Counted from the first letter of the stretch, positions 12,355 to 25,212 are shown. The stretch: DNA of 64,000 bases from Octopus vulgaris (GCA_951406725.2 OX597839.1:18414001-18478000); one strand, 5' to 3'. Made by a program: numbers and translations. Notes: generated by a model not told the origin, from the letters alone.

Positions 12355-12637
12355 TACGACAGGCTTCTTTCAGTTTCCGTCTACCAAATCCATTCACAAG
12401 GCCTTGGTTGGCCCAAGGCTATAGCAGAATACACTTGCCCAAGATGCCACGCAGTGGGACTGAACCTGGAACCATGTGGATGGTTAGCAAGCTACTTACC
12501 ACACAGCCACTCCTGCGCCTATAAACAATTGACAATAAAAGTTATGAGATATAAAACCATCTAAATAAAAAATATAAAAGTTGCATAACTTTTAAAATTT
12601 GGTGGGATCCTAGGAGACCCAGTTGGTCCACGAAGGG
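11524..12637. mobile_element. piggyBac-type non-autonomous element carrying nested family C and SINE A copies
   Basis: TTAA-CCCTTCGTGG ... CCACGAAGGG-TTAA (10-bp perfect TIR with TTAA TSD). Confidence 0.7.
12090..12520 (-). mobile_element. SINE family A, full length
   Basis: Reverse complement of the family A consensus. Confidence 0.9.
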
Positions 12638-12661
12638 TTAATAGGCATTTCGACACACATA

Positions 12662-12870
12662 AGGCAGCAAGTTGGCAGAATTGTTAACTTGCCAGTCAAA
12701 GTGTTTATGTGGCATTTCGTCCGTCTCACATTCTGTATTCAAATTCCGCTGAGGTCGTCGTTGCTTTTCATCCTTTTGGATTTGATAAAATAAGTACCAG
12801 TTATGCACTGGGGTCGATCTAATCAACTTACCCTCTCCTTTGGAATTTCTGTCCCTGTGCCAAAACCTGA
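12662..12870 (+). mobile_element. SINE family B
   Basis: Family B head and core. Confidence 0.75.
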
Positions 12871-12879
12871 AACCAGTAA

Positions 12880-13335
12880 CAAAACACACACGTTAAAGAC
12901 GAAGGATGCATCAGAGAATCTTGGTGTATCTTGGGAGGGTCATTATGTCAATAACAAACACGCGCGCTGGTTTTATTTGACTTTTTTTTTTTTTTTTGTC
13001 GGTTAATAATTTAACAAATGGGTTGTTTGAAAAATCGTTCTCTCAGTCAATCAATGAATCAGGTTGATTTGTGAAGGTCCTTTCGTCGTCATTCACCATC
13101 TCATCAATGATATACGCTCTCTCTCTCTCTACTCCAGGTCTGCTTCGAATGTGCATGCTTGTATAAACACACACGCACACACGCGCGCACAGTGGATGCC
13201 GCTTACTTTGAATACAAATGCAAAACTCTTCCAATAACAATAACTGGATCGTATTAAGCAAATTGTGTTCTGGGCCCACACATTTCATGGCAATAAATAT
13301 ATCGGTTGATAGCATTATGCATCATTATGGCTTCC

Positions 13336-13366
<31 letters not shown>

Positions 13367-14621
13367 CGCGCGCAAAACCAACTTATGTAAATTTCGTAGT
13401 CTTTTAAAAGACATCGATGATTTCTCTCTCTCTCTCTGTTCTTTTTTTTTAAAATCGTTTTGTTCTCGCTAATCTATTTAAATGGTTCTTCTGTTGTGTT
13501 ACACTTCTGAAGTTATCATCATCATCATCAGCATCATCAGCTTCCGGCTCTCTTTCTGAGTTCATATTCAGCCGAGGGCAACTTTGCCTTTCATCTTTGC
13601 AGGTATGAAAATCAAAAATATAAAAAAAACCCCAAATAACAAAACAAAACAAGCAAATGAAAAAGCAAACAAAAACACCCAGCAAAAACACCGCCTCCCC
13701 CCGCAACCTTTCGGTATTGGTACACGACATCATTCACCCACGCAACTTTCCCTCATGACATAAAGAGGTTAAAGTGAAAAGGAGGGCGAATGACGTCGTC
13801 TCCTCACACCGACCCTCCGGAGGCCAATATCGAAGGCACGCTAAATAAATTTATTAAAGGACCAGTCACGTACTTGAATCCTCCTCACAGAATTGCTGGT
13901 GTTCGTGTCTAAATGCTCCTTCTCTTCATCCCAATCGTCATCATCACCAACAACAACAACAACAACAGCAGCGAAAGGTTAGTGGTAAAAAATTAACGGA
14001 ACGTCGGACAAAAAAACAAAAAAATGTCCCGTGGTATTCGTTCCGGCTCTTTTATGTTCTGGCTTTGTAATCCAGTCGAGACGTAGCCTTTGCCTTTTTC
14101 ATCCATCACCCTGCCGCTGGTCTGAATGGATGAAGTCGAGTACAGGGATCGATTATATCGATTAACCCCACCCCCACCCCCCAACCCGTCTTACCCACCG
14201 CCCTGCTCTTCAAAATTGCTGGCCTTGTCACCCAGAAATCTGATGTAGAATATTAATTGTCAACGAAGCAATAACCATCTGTATGGTACGAGTAGAAATT
14301 TCATTTTAAAAATAGCCCCAACAACCACACACACACACACACACACACGGAATTTTGAATTTGTCTCGAACTCTTACTGCTTTTAGTTGTGTAAGCACCT
14401 GGATGGACGTGGTAGTAGTTAGAGGTGATGATAGATGGTGTGAGGAACTTATATATATATACATACATGCACGCACTTTCACTTTCTGTCTTCCATATAC
14501 CGTCACACATAAGAAAACAAGGATGAAATTTCTTGGTGTTAGCTATTATAATAGCTTCTCGGTTTCCTGTGTGTGTGTGTGTGTGTGTACACCCATTCAT
14601 TCATTTATGCATCAAACGCGC

Positions 14622-14700
<79 letters not shown>

Positions 14701-15050
14701 AATCATGTACGCTACAGTACACACACACACACACACACCTATCTCTTCCTTACACTCTATCTCCTCTCTACACTCATATAAGGATATTCCTACATCCGTC
14801 TCCCTCTTTACGTAAAGGCATAAACAAAAATATATGTACACCACGATATATCTGTGTGTACGTGTGTATATATATATATATATATATTTTCATTCTCTTT
14901 CCCTCTCTTCCCACACACATACACACAATTATATTCGGACTACACCCGTCCCCCTCTTTACGTAGATGCATAAACAAAAATATATGTGCAAATTTTATGC
15001 TAATAATATATGCCGACCTGTCAAATTATCATTATGTATGTGTACACACG

Positions 15051-15099
<49 letters not shown>

Positions 15100-15291
15100 T
15101 CTCTCTCACACACACGCGTGCGTATATGTCGAGTGTGTATGTATATATGCCCGCTATAGGCGATCGTTGTCCGTGATTCGACGACCGAATTTTGATATCG
15201 TCTCTGTCAACGCGAAATCACTTCTCTTAATCGTAATTGTGCCCCAGGTCAGCGACGATCGAAAAGAATTATGATCTGTGTGCGCGCGCGT

Positions 15292-15326
<35 letters not shown>

Positions 15327-15700
15327 AACACACACACACAATATTCCAATCGCGAACATGCTGTCTTTAAATATTCAGTTTGTGTAGTAGCATCCAGTGT
15401 GTCCTACATTCGTTTGTAAGACATTAGCGTGTGATTTAAGGGTTTCCCTTGTTGGCTCGTCACTTCGTTTCATTTCACGGTGTTAATTATGAGTTTAATT
15501 ATAATTAATGCCCGTTTTTTTTTTTTGTATTTTGGCGGAGGGTTGTTGGTGGCGAGGAAGGCGTGAACGGCATTGTAGTTGCTTAGTCCTAGCTTAACCT
15601 TGCTCGAGCAAATCGTTCATCAAAGACATTGCAACCGCGACCATCACGCCGTTTTTTTTAAACATTTTTTTGGCAGTCCTGGTGGTATGATGGGTATTTG
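12880..15700. promoter_or_regulatory. CpG-retaining, largely unique region; candidate promoter or regulatory zone
   Basis: Visibly many CG dinucleotides compared with the flanks. CRE-like TGACGTC at 13791 and CCAAT at 13824. Function is an inference. Confidence 0.3.
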
Positions 15701-15763
15701 TAGAAATACATTATCTAATGTGCATGCTTTCCTTAAAGACGGGTGGCCACATCGTGTATGATC

Positions 15764-16130
15764 AAGGAGAGATCCGGCTGCTATTTCTAGCTCTTTATGC
15801 TGCCTTACTGAGTTTTATCTTTGGAGTTACACGTAGACTGTGATTAGAAGGAGTTTCGGCTGCTATTTCTTGCACTATGTATCACTCCATAGAAAGTTCT
15901 CTCGTTGGGGATACTTAGGCTATGATTAAAGGGAGATTTGACTACTATTTCTAGCACTTTGTGCTACCCTGCTGAGAGCTCTCTTGTTGGTGATACATAG
16001 ACTGTGATTAGAGGAAGATTCGGCTGCTATTTCTAGCACTTTGTGCTACTCTGCTGAGAACTCTCTCATTGGGGATACGTAGACTGTGATTAAAGGGAGA
16101 TTTGGCTGCTATTTCTAGCACTTTGTGCTA
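15764..16130. repeat. 82-bp tandem repeat, about 4.5 diverged copies
   Basis: CTATTTCT recurs at 15781, 15863, 15945, 16027 and 16109. Confidence 0.85.
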
Positions 16131-16253
16131 ATCTTCAGATGGTTCCAGATCACGTGTGTCTTCTGATTTTGTTGACCTGGGCAGAATTTGAACTCAGAAA
16201 GTAAAGACAGAGGAAATGCCACTCTAATGGTTCTGCCAGCTTGCTGCCTCCTC

Positions 16254-16283
16254 AATAATAATAATAATAATAACAACAACAAC

Positions 16284-16333
<50 letters not shown>
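16254..16333. repeat. (AAT)n microsatellite
   Basis: Read directly. Confidence 0.95.
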
Positions 16334-16334
<1 letters not shown>

Positions 16335-16974
16335 CCTTTCTACTAGAGACATAAGGCCTCAAATTTGTGGGGAGGGGGCTAGTTGATTACATCGACCCCC
16401 AGTATTTCACTGTTACTTAATTTATTGACCCCAAAAGGATGAAAGGCAAAGCTAACCTCGGTAGAATTTGAACTCAGAACATAGCGACACGCGCAATACC
16501 ACTAAGAATTTCGTCGAGTGCACTGAGCTAGAATAGTCAGGGTTGGAACATCTTTGAATATAGGTCTGCTTGTTCAACCGAAAATGATTTGGAGGGAGGC
16601 TGCTAAGTACCCACCTATAAAAAAGGGTCATTCAACATCTAATAATTATACCCATCGTCATTATCAACGATGCTGCAAGAAAAAAGCAAGGTGACAGCAA
16701 TGCCGGCAGAAGAATGTCTAAAAATAAAAATCACGTGCTTTCTATTACTCTTTTTGTGTTCTGAGTCCAGTTTCTGCTGAGGCTGACTTTGCCTTACATC
16801 CTTTCAGCAGTGATGCAATTGACCAGTTCCCCTCCCACAAAATTCCAGGCCTTGTGCCTATACATTTTACTTGTTTCAGTCTGTGGCCATGCTGGGGCAC
16901 CACCTGGAAGAATTTTAGTCCAATGAATTGACCCTAGTACTTTTTTCTTAAGCCTAGTATTTATTCTATTGTCC

Positions 16975-17182
16975 ATGACTGCGTGTGTACCGTTGGCGAT
17001 TTTTTTTTTCCTCCGTCTTCCCTTCTTTGGATCTTTCCTTTTCCTATGTTTCTGACGAAGAGCTCCGCTTGAAACGTTAAACCCTCCTTCTTTCCTTCTT
17101 TCCTGAGCATCCAATAATACTATATTTGTTCCACGTCTTCACGTTGTTGTGTTTTCTCTTTGTGTTTTCATGTTTGGATTAA

Positions 17183-17225
<43 letters not shown>

Positions 17226-17407
17226 CATCCAATAATACTATATTTGTTCCACGTCCTTGTGTTGTTGTGTTTTCTCTTTGTGTTTTCATGTTTGGATTAA
17301 TTGTATATATATATCTATATATATATATGAGCGTCCAATAACACAATACTTGTTCCACGTCCTTGCGTTGTTGTGTTTTCTCTTTGTGTTTTCATGTTTG
17401 GATTAAC
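16975..17407 (+). mobile_element. Small Penelope-like element with a triplicated 3' segment separated by (TA)n
   Basis: Matches 26541-26751. The ~80-bp GAGC(A/G)TCCAATAA...TGGATTAA segment occurs at 17105, 17223 and 17329. Confidence 0.65.
17048..17082 (+). ncRNA. Minimal hammerhead-like motif
   Basis: GTTT - CTGACGA - A GAGC TCC GCTT - GAA - ACGT - T - AAAC. Confidence 0.6.
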
Positions 17408-17589
17408 TATATATATACATACATGCATATATGGGTACAGGACATCACCAATGGTGCAAATAACATGAAATATGTAAACAACAAGAAAACATGGAAACCG
17501 GATAAGTAAGCACAGAGAAAGGGTCCTTCATCAGTTGTCGGCTGTCTATCTACTCCTCATTTCGAGCATTCACATCCATTTTCAAGTAT

Positions 17590-17646
<57 letters not shown>

Positions 17647-18476
17647 TAATGTAGGTGGCCCTTTAGCAATTAAAACCCATATATATTTGGTTAATGAGAG
17701 GCGGTAAGCTACCAGGTAAAAACCATTCATTTTATTATCTGATATATATATATATACAGGCTTCTTTCAGTTTTCATCTACTAAATCCATGTACAAGACT
17801 TTGGTTGGCCTGAGGCTATTGTAGAAAACACTTGCCCAAGGTGTCACACAGACGCAGTGGGACTGAACCTTGAACCATGTGCTTGGGAAGCAAGCTTCTT
17901 ACCACACAACCACACCTGTGTCTCTGGCAGAAAATTATTATTATTATTATTATTATGGATGAAGCTCAAAGGATGAGGAAAGACACCTTCCTCCTCAGTC
18001 AAGCTCTCAGCAACTTTTTTAAAGTTCCACTTGGAGAGGAGAGTGAGGGTGGAGTGGCAAGTGCTACCTCCCTGTGAATTTGTGAAAAGACTGTGGCAAA
18101 AATGGTTAGATTGCTCTGCTCTATGTATGCACGTGTAGATTGGTGAGCATTAAAGAGAGCTCATGCCTTTGGGGGTCAGGGTAACCCTGAGTCTGTAGAG
18201 TTCCTTGATTGGCCCAGGCTGGAGTTTTTCTTGTATCAGGAGGACTACATCATTCATGTTATCACATACTTTGTATATTATTTATTCTCTTTTCCTTTTA
18301 CTTGTTTTAGTCATTTGACAGTGGCCATGCTGGAGCACTGCCTTTACTTGAACAAATCAACCCCAGGACTTATTTGTCATAAGCCTAGTACTTATTCTAT
18401 CGGTCTTTCATGCTGAACCGCTAGGTTACATGGACATGAAGACACCGACATCGGTTGTCAAGTGATGGTGGGGGTA

Positions 18477-18512
<36 letters not shown>

Positions 18513-18565
18513 TATACATATTCTGTCTACCAAATCTACTCACAAAGTTTTTATTATTATTATTA

Positions 18566-18972
18566 AGGCGGTGAGATGACAGAAATCCATCTTTCTTTAT
18601 GTTCTGAGTTCAATTTCTGCCAAGGTCAACTTTGCTTTTCATCCTTTTGGGATCATTAAAATAAGTACCAGTTGAGTTCTGGGGTTGCTGAAATCGACTA
18701 TCTTTCTCCCCCACAGTTACTGGCCTTGTGCCTCCAATAGAAAGGATTATTATTATTTAAGGTGGTGAGCTGGTAGAATTGTTAGCACGCCGGCGAGATG
18801 CTAAGCGGTGTTTCGTCCATCTTCACGTTCTGAGTTCAAATTCCACAGAGGTCAACTTTGCTTTCATCCTTTTTCGGTTGATAAATTAAGTATCAGTCAA
18901 GTACTGGGGTTGATGTCATTGACCATCCCCCTCCCCTATAATTCCAGGCCTTGTGCCTATAGTAGAAGGGAT
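18566..18972 (+). mobile_element. Two tandem SINE B copies
   Basis: Family B head and core at about 18566 and 18760. Confidence 0.8.
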
Positions 18973-18974
18973 TA

Positions 18975-19420
18975 CAGCAATCCCTTGACTATCGCAGGTG
19001 ATACGTTCCAAAACCCCTCGTGATAGGCGAAAATCTGTGAAGTAGAAACAGTACTGTACTGTATATTTTTTTTATTATTTTTATAATTTGTATATATTTA
19101 TTTTATCATAAATGCAGAACAAAACCACAGAGGAATTGATGTAAGCTCAACCCTTTCGTTACTGTATTTATTTTGAGATGCTGTGTGTTTCTTTCAATTA
19201 CTTTAAATATAACAAAGAATTTAGTAAAATAACTTAGTTCTCATTCAGCTAGTGTTAGGAGCATAAATTGTGACTAAAGTTTAGTGGAAGATTTTAATTC
19301 AAATCATATGAAAACAAGACGTTTGTACTCAGAGCCAGAGCTGGTTTCAGCTGGGTTGGTAATGAAAGGGTTAAATAAAAAACCGTGATAGGTGAACCGT
19401 GATATGGCGAGGGATTACTG
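18975..19420. mobile_element. pogo/Tigger-type MITE (TA TSD) containing a piggyBac MITE
   Basis: TA-CAGCAATCCCT ... AGGGATTACTG-TA. An uninterrupted inverted copy is at 23373-23612. Confidence 0.75.
19151..19370. mobile_element. piggyBac-type MITE (~220 bp)
   Basis: CCCTTTCGTTAC ... GTAATGAAAGGG-TTAA. Five copies occur in the window. Confidence 0.8.
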
Positions 19421-19598
19421 TATTGTTATTGTGGGTGAGTGTTGGAAGAATGGCCAGTGTGAAAGGACCAATTCTGAGCATACACCTGTAAAGAAATAAA
19501 GGAAGGGCTCTTGCCCTGTTGATCAGGAACCCGTGACTTTTGTGGGTTTTTCACCCGGAACCTTAAAGTACCTCTCCCTATTGGGAGATTTTATTGTT

Positions 19599-19989
19599 TA
19601 CTAGCAGTATCGCCCGGTATTGCTTGGGTTTGTTTTGACCCTTTAGAATTGGAATTTTTGAAAAGAAAAAATTTCGCATTATGTAGCTTGTTATTCTCTT
19701 TAAGTGAACATTTTTCTGGTTGAAATACACTGAAAAATGGCGACACAGCAGTAAAAAAATCGTAAAAAATAGGGATTTTCATAGAAAAAAAAACACCTTT
19801 TTGATGTAAATAATTTTTGGTCTTAACATGGTCCGATTTGAATTTTAACTTCTACGGAATGAAGAGCAAGCCTTCTTCTATCATACTCTCAATTTTGGTC
19901 AACTTGCACCGCAGGGTCTCGGAGGAGATAGTGTTAGTTGAAGCCTACCAAATCTGTCATACAGACAACTTCAGCTTTATATATATAGA
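19599..19989. mobile_element. Helitron/Helentron-like non-autonomous element
   Basis: One end is ACTAG plus a GC-rich hairpin (GCCCGGTATTGCTTGGGT); the other is ACAGACAACTTCAGCTTTATATATATAG. This is typical of HINE/Lep1-like elements. Single copy here. Confidence 0.5.
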
Positions 19990-21014
19990 GTGTATTGTCT
20001 TGTGTTGTTTTTTATGTTGTGTCATGTCATTTTATGTATATTTATATTAGCCCTTGTGGCCAATAAAAGAATGAATCATTATTATTATTATTATTATTAT
20101 GGATGAATTTCCTCCTTCACCAAGAAGCCTTGTGAAAAGGGCAAACAATGCCATCGCATCTAACGGACTTGCCACTTCATTCACCACTACAAACATCACC
20201 ATGAGTAAAGTACATTTGCTTTGGCTTTGACAATTGCCATCAACAAAAACAACACCAGCAGCAGCAACGTCAACAACAACATAAATAACGGCGACTCCTT
20301 TGTAGGAATATCAAAACTACTGGAAGGAAACTACTTGGAGGAAAAGCATAGAAGCCTGCAAGAGGCTGAAAAACACCTCAACAGTGGCGATAGAAAGACT
20401 CAGCTGGCTGTTGTTGTGTTTTGGATTTCTTCATTAATGTTCTGGTTTAAAATTCTACCAATGTCAACTCTTACGTTTCGTCCCCGACTCCATTTCCTTC
20501 TTCCATCTGGAGTGAAAGGCAAAGTTGACCTTGCCTCAGCAGGATCTGAAGTGCCAGTGGCTTTCAACACTGGACTATCCTGTGTAGTAGTAACATGAAT
20601 TTCCTTTTCCTTCTTAGGCATCTGTTTATTAGACACTTCAGTAACAACAACACTAATACACACACACAAATATGTCTGTGTGGATATGTGTGTGAGTGTG
20701 TGTGTGTGTGTATATGTTTTTGTGTGTATGTTTATACGAATGTATTTATATATGTATGTATATGTATATATGTTCATATATATGTGTGTGTGTGTGTGTG
20801 TGTGTATATGTCTATATGTTATTTGTCTATGTCTCTCTCTCTTTCGGAGAGGCACAAGCACCTACACGCACATATACACACACGGCAGTAACTTCCGCCT
20901 GCCGAATTCAATCACAAAGCTTCGGTCGGCTCGGGGCTATAGCAGAAGACACCTACCCAAAGTGCCACGCAGTGGGACTGAACCCGAAACCATGTAGCTA
21001 GGAAATGTATATAT

Positions 21015-21047
<33 letters not shown>

Positions 21048-21569
21048 CATACATATGTATATGCGTGTGTACACACATGCGCACGCACACACATATGAGG
21101 CACTGACATGGCCTTATTCATATGTACGCTTCCTACCTACATTGTTTTGGGTTTGGTCCCTCTGTCTGACGCCTTGGGCAGGTGTCTTTTATTATATAAC
21201 TGTGGGACAACCAAAGCTTTATGAGTCGATTTGTTAGATAGAAACTGAAAGAAGCCTGTTTGTGTGTGTGTATGGTTATGACATGAAAGAGTTACAAGAT
21301 GGATTTTTCAAGCTGGGCCAACTGGCAGAAGACTTAGGAGGAGATCAAGAATGAGATGATTGGATGATATCCATGGTCTTAGTTGGTTATGCTTTGGAAT
21401 CATCATTGTCTTCATTATCCTCATTTAATGTCTGTTTTCCATGCTGGCATGGGTTGGACAGTTTGACAGGAGTTGGCAATTCAGAGGGCTGCACCAGGTT
21501 CCTGTCATCTGTTTTGGCCTGGTTTCTACAACTGGATGCACTTCCTAATCAAAATGACTTAACAGAGTG

Positions 21570-21800
21570 TACTGGTTGCTTTTTACATGGCACCTACATG
21601 CGTGCTTCTTACATGGCACCATTATGGGTGCTTTTTATGTGGCACCAGCATGGGTGCTTTCTACATGGCACCTGCACAGGTGCTTTTTATGTGGTGCCAG
21701 CATGGGTGCTTTTTATGTGGCACCCACATGGTTGCTTTTTACATGGTGCCAGCATGGGTACTTTTTGTGTGGCACCAGCACGGGTGCTTTTTATGTGGCT
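21570..21800. repeat. 26-bp minisatellite expanded from the family C LINE 3' UTR
   Basis: TGGGTGCTTTTTATGTGGCACCAGCA repeated about 8-9 times. More copies at 22170-22270. Confidence 0.85.
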
Positions 21801-22879
21801 TTATAAAGAACTTTTAACACACAGTATTTGAAGAAATATTTTCTTAAATCGAAAATTATAAATTATATCTTTAAAAAAATCCGAATGACATGAACCTTTT
21901 GAAAGCAATTTTTCAATATACTATTTACTCACATACATATGATATACTCACCCACACCTGTTTGTGTTTATATGTATGCGAACACCTACACAAACACACA
22001 TACACGATCACAACTTGTGATTGTGACAGACTTGAAGCAGACAAGGGCAGAGCATTGATTAGGTTCGCTCTGTTGTTATTTTCATTAAGAAGCACATCCA
22101 GCTATAGAAACCATCCCAAAACAGAGGACTGGAACCTGATTCAGCTCCTGTCAAATCGTCCCACCGATATGGCACCAGCATGGGTGCTTTTTATGTGACA
22201 CCACTGTGGGTGCCTTTTACACAGCGCCAGCATGGGTGCCTTTTATGTGGCACCAGCACGAGTGCTCTTTATGATGTCATAAAATGGTGATGAACAGGGA
22301 ACAGACTCTGACACAAACCTTTTGAAAGCAATTTTTCAATACACTATTTACTCACATGCATCTGATGTACTCACTCACATCTGTTTGTGTTTATATGTAT
22401 GCGAATACACACACATCACACACAGTCGCTTGCTGTTTGTGACCGCGACAGACTTGGAGCCGACAAGAGCAGAGCATTGATGAGGGTCATAAAATGGTGA
22501 TCATCAGGAAACAGACTCTGATAAATCAACTGATTGATTGATCAAACGATTACTCAAGCAGTCAGTCAATTAATTAATTAGTTAATTAGTCTGCTAGTTG
22601 GCAATTGATAATAAAACAAGCAAAATATAACCAGTGTGTATGTTTTTATTGGCAAACTGTCCCTCCTAATGGACAACCACATTAGTTTCATTTCCACTTC
22701 AAGAATCTTGCAAAGCAAATACAAAAGTTTAAAGTCTCGGGCATGGCTGCGTGGTTTAGAAGCTTATTTTGCAGTCATGTGGTTTAGGGTTCAGTCCCAC
22801 TTGAGCAAGTGCCTTCTACCGTAGACACAAGTTGACCAATATCCTGTGAATGAATTTGGTTGACAGAAACTGTATGGAA

Positions 22880-23290
22880 GGTGGCAAACTGGCAGAAATG
22901 TTAGCACGCCGGGTGAAATGCTTAGCGGTATTTTGTTTGCCGCTACGTTCTGAGTTCAAATTCCGCCAAGGTTGGCTTTGCCTTTCATCCTTTCAGGGTC
23001 GATTAAATAAGTACTGGGGTCGATATAATTGGCTTAATCTGTTTGTCTGCCCTTGTTTGTCCTCTTTGTGTTTAGCCCCTTGTGGGTAGTAAAGAAATAG
23101 GTATTTCGTCTGCCGCTACATTTTGAGTTCAAATTCCGCCGAGATCGACTTTGCCTTTCATCTTTTCGGGGTCAATAAATTAAGTACCAGTTGTGTACTG
23201 GAGTCAATGTAATTGACTTAATCCCTTTGTCTGTCCTTATTTGTCCCCTCTATGTTTAGTCCCTTGTGGGCAATAAGGAAAAAAGAAATA
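22880..23290 (+). mobile_element. SINE B doublet inserted into a SINE A fragment
   Basis: Two family B cores. AGAAACTGTATGGAAG is duplicated at about 22865 and 23291. Confidence 0.8.
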
Positions 23291-23372
23291 AGAAACTGTA
23301 TGGAAGCTCTTGTGATTATGTTTGTGTGTGTGTGTGTATACACATGTATGTATGTATGTATGTATGTGTGTA

Positions 23373-23612
23373 CAGTAATCCCATGCCATATCGCAGTTCA
23401 CCTCTCATGGTTTATTATTTAAGCTTATGTCAATTCCTCCGTGTTGTTGTTTTGCATTTATAATAAAATAAATACTTGCAAATTATAAAAATAAAATATA
23501 TATATATATACAGCACAGTACTGTTTCTACTTCAAGGATTTTCACCTATTGCGGGGGTAGTTGTGTGGGGTGGGGATGGAACATAACACCCGCGATAGTC
23601 AAGGGATGACTG
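23373..23612. mobile_element. pogo/Tigger-type MITE
   Basis: TA-CAGTAATCCC ... GGGATGACTG. Homologous to 18975-19420. Confidence 0.7.
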
Positions 23613-23844
23613 TGTGTGTGTGTGTGTGTCAGCTGACAATGCGTGTTGGTTCATTTACATCCCCACAACTTAACAGTTTGGCAAAAGAGATTGATAGAAT
23701 AAGTTCCAGACTTACAAAAAAAAAAAAAAAAAGAAGCAAAACTAAGAAGTTCTGGGATGAATTTGCTTGAGACTAATCACTTCAAGGCAGTTCCCCCAGC
23801 AGAGCTGCAGTCCAAGGTCTGAAACAAGTAGAAGGTATATATGG

Positions 23845-24180
23845 TACTCCCTCAGTTACAAAGTCGAGGGTTCCAGTTGATCCGATCAATGGAACAGCCT
23901 CTTTGTCAAATTAACATGCAAGTGGCTGAGTACTCCACAGACATGTGTACCCTTAATGTAGTTCTCAGGGAGATTCAGCATGACACAGAATGTGACAAGG
24001 CCAGCCCTTTGAATTACAGGTACAACTCATTTTTGCCAGCTGAGTGGACTGGAGCAATATTAGAATGGGACATTTGGGTGCAACTGTCTTGCTCGAGGAC
24101 TCCACGCATTGCCAGGAAGTGAACTCCTGACCTTACGATCATGAACCAAATACTCTAACCACCAAGCCACGTGCCTTCAT
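23845..24180 (-). mobile_element. SINE family F (empty TTAA site at 23953-23956)
   Basis: tRNA-like head near 24100-24180. Body shared with 27630-27810, 44108-45030 and 62640-63030. Confidence 0.75.
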
Positions 24181-24197
24181 CGAAGATATTTAAATAT

Positions 24198-24590
24198 CTG
24201 GCTGTGTGGTAAGAAGCTTATTTCCCAACCGCATGGTTCCAGGTTCAGTCCCAACTGTGTGGCACTTTGGGCAAGTGTCTTCTGCTATAGCCTCGGGCCG
24301 ACCAAAGCCATGTGAGTGGATTTAGAAAACAGAAACTGAAAGAAGCTCGTATATATATATATATATATGAGTGTATATGTCTGTGTGTATGTCTGTGTTT
24401 GTCCCCCATCATCACTTGACAACCAGTGTTGGTGTGTTTGTGTCCCTCTAAATTAGTGGTTCGGCTAAAGGGACCAATAGAACAAGTACCACACTTATCA
24501 AAAATAAGTACTGGGCTTGATTCATCCGACTAAAAATTCAAGGCGGTGCCCCAGCATGGCCACAGTCTAATCACTGAAACAGGTAAAAGA
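24198..24590 (+). mobile_element. SINE family A
   Basis: Matches the family A consensus. Confidence 0.85.
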
Positions 24591-24904
24591 TATGAAATAC
24601 CTGTCTATATTGATATTTCACTTAGGTGTAGTGAAATCAATGACCTGGACTGGGCTGTGTGTTGTGTTCGTGAGGACAACACTTCATTTCACATTGCCCC
24701 AGTCCACTCAGCTGTAAATGGACAACCCTGTGTTGGACTGGTGTTTCATTCAACATCTACCAAATTCATGCTCAAGGTATTAATTGGTCCAGGGCTCTTC
24801 TGTAGGACACCTTGCCCAAAGTTCCACACAACAGGATTGAACCTGAAACCATGTGGTTTTGCAAAACGAGTTCCTTAAGCACACAGCTATTGTTTGTTTT
24901 TGTT

Positions 24905-25212
24905 TGTTTGTTTGTTCCTTCTCGAGCCATGCATGGCTCATAAGGGCCGGTTTCCCGGTTTCTTGGCGTATAGGTTCTGCACCTGGACGGGGCGCCAGTC
25001 TGTCGCAGGTGAGCTGCAAGATGAAGGAGGAAAGAGTGAGAGAAAGTTGTGGCGAAAGAGTCAGCAGAAGTTTTGCCATTACCTTCTGCTGGAGCCGCGT
25101 GGAGCTTAGGTGTTTCGCTCATAAACACACACATTGCCCGGTCTGAGATTCGAACCCACGATCCCTCGACTGCGAGTCCGCTGCTCTAACCACTAGGCCA
25201 TGTGCCTCCACA
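24905..25212 (-). mobile_element. tRNA-derived SINE family G, well-preserved copy with (AAAC)n tail
   Basis: Head TGGCCTAGTGGTTAGAGC...GGGTTCGAATCTC. Related copies at 28618-28840 and 37590-37830. Confidence 0.8.

Noticed and set aside
17105-17407. CRISPR-like repeat/spacer pattern
   Set aside because: The spacers are only (TA)n, the repeats are ~80 bp, and the context is a eukaryotic TE.
17440-17575. Minus-strand CTGATGAAGG in a TA-flanked fragment
   Set aside because: No downstream GAAA or stem III is visible.
20221-20598. 125-aa ORF as a gene
   Set aside because: It lacks an ATG start and any recognisable domain, and its 3' part runs through degenerate SINE sequence.
25135-25210. tRNA gene
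   Set aside because: It has A/B boxes but no paired acceptor stem, and it runs into a SINE body and tail.
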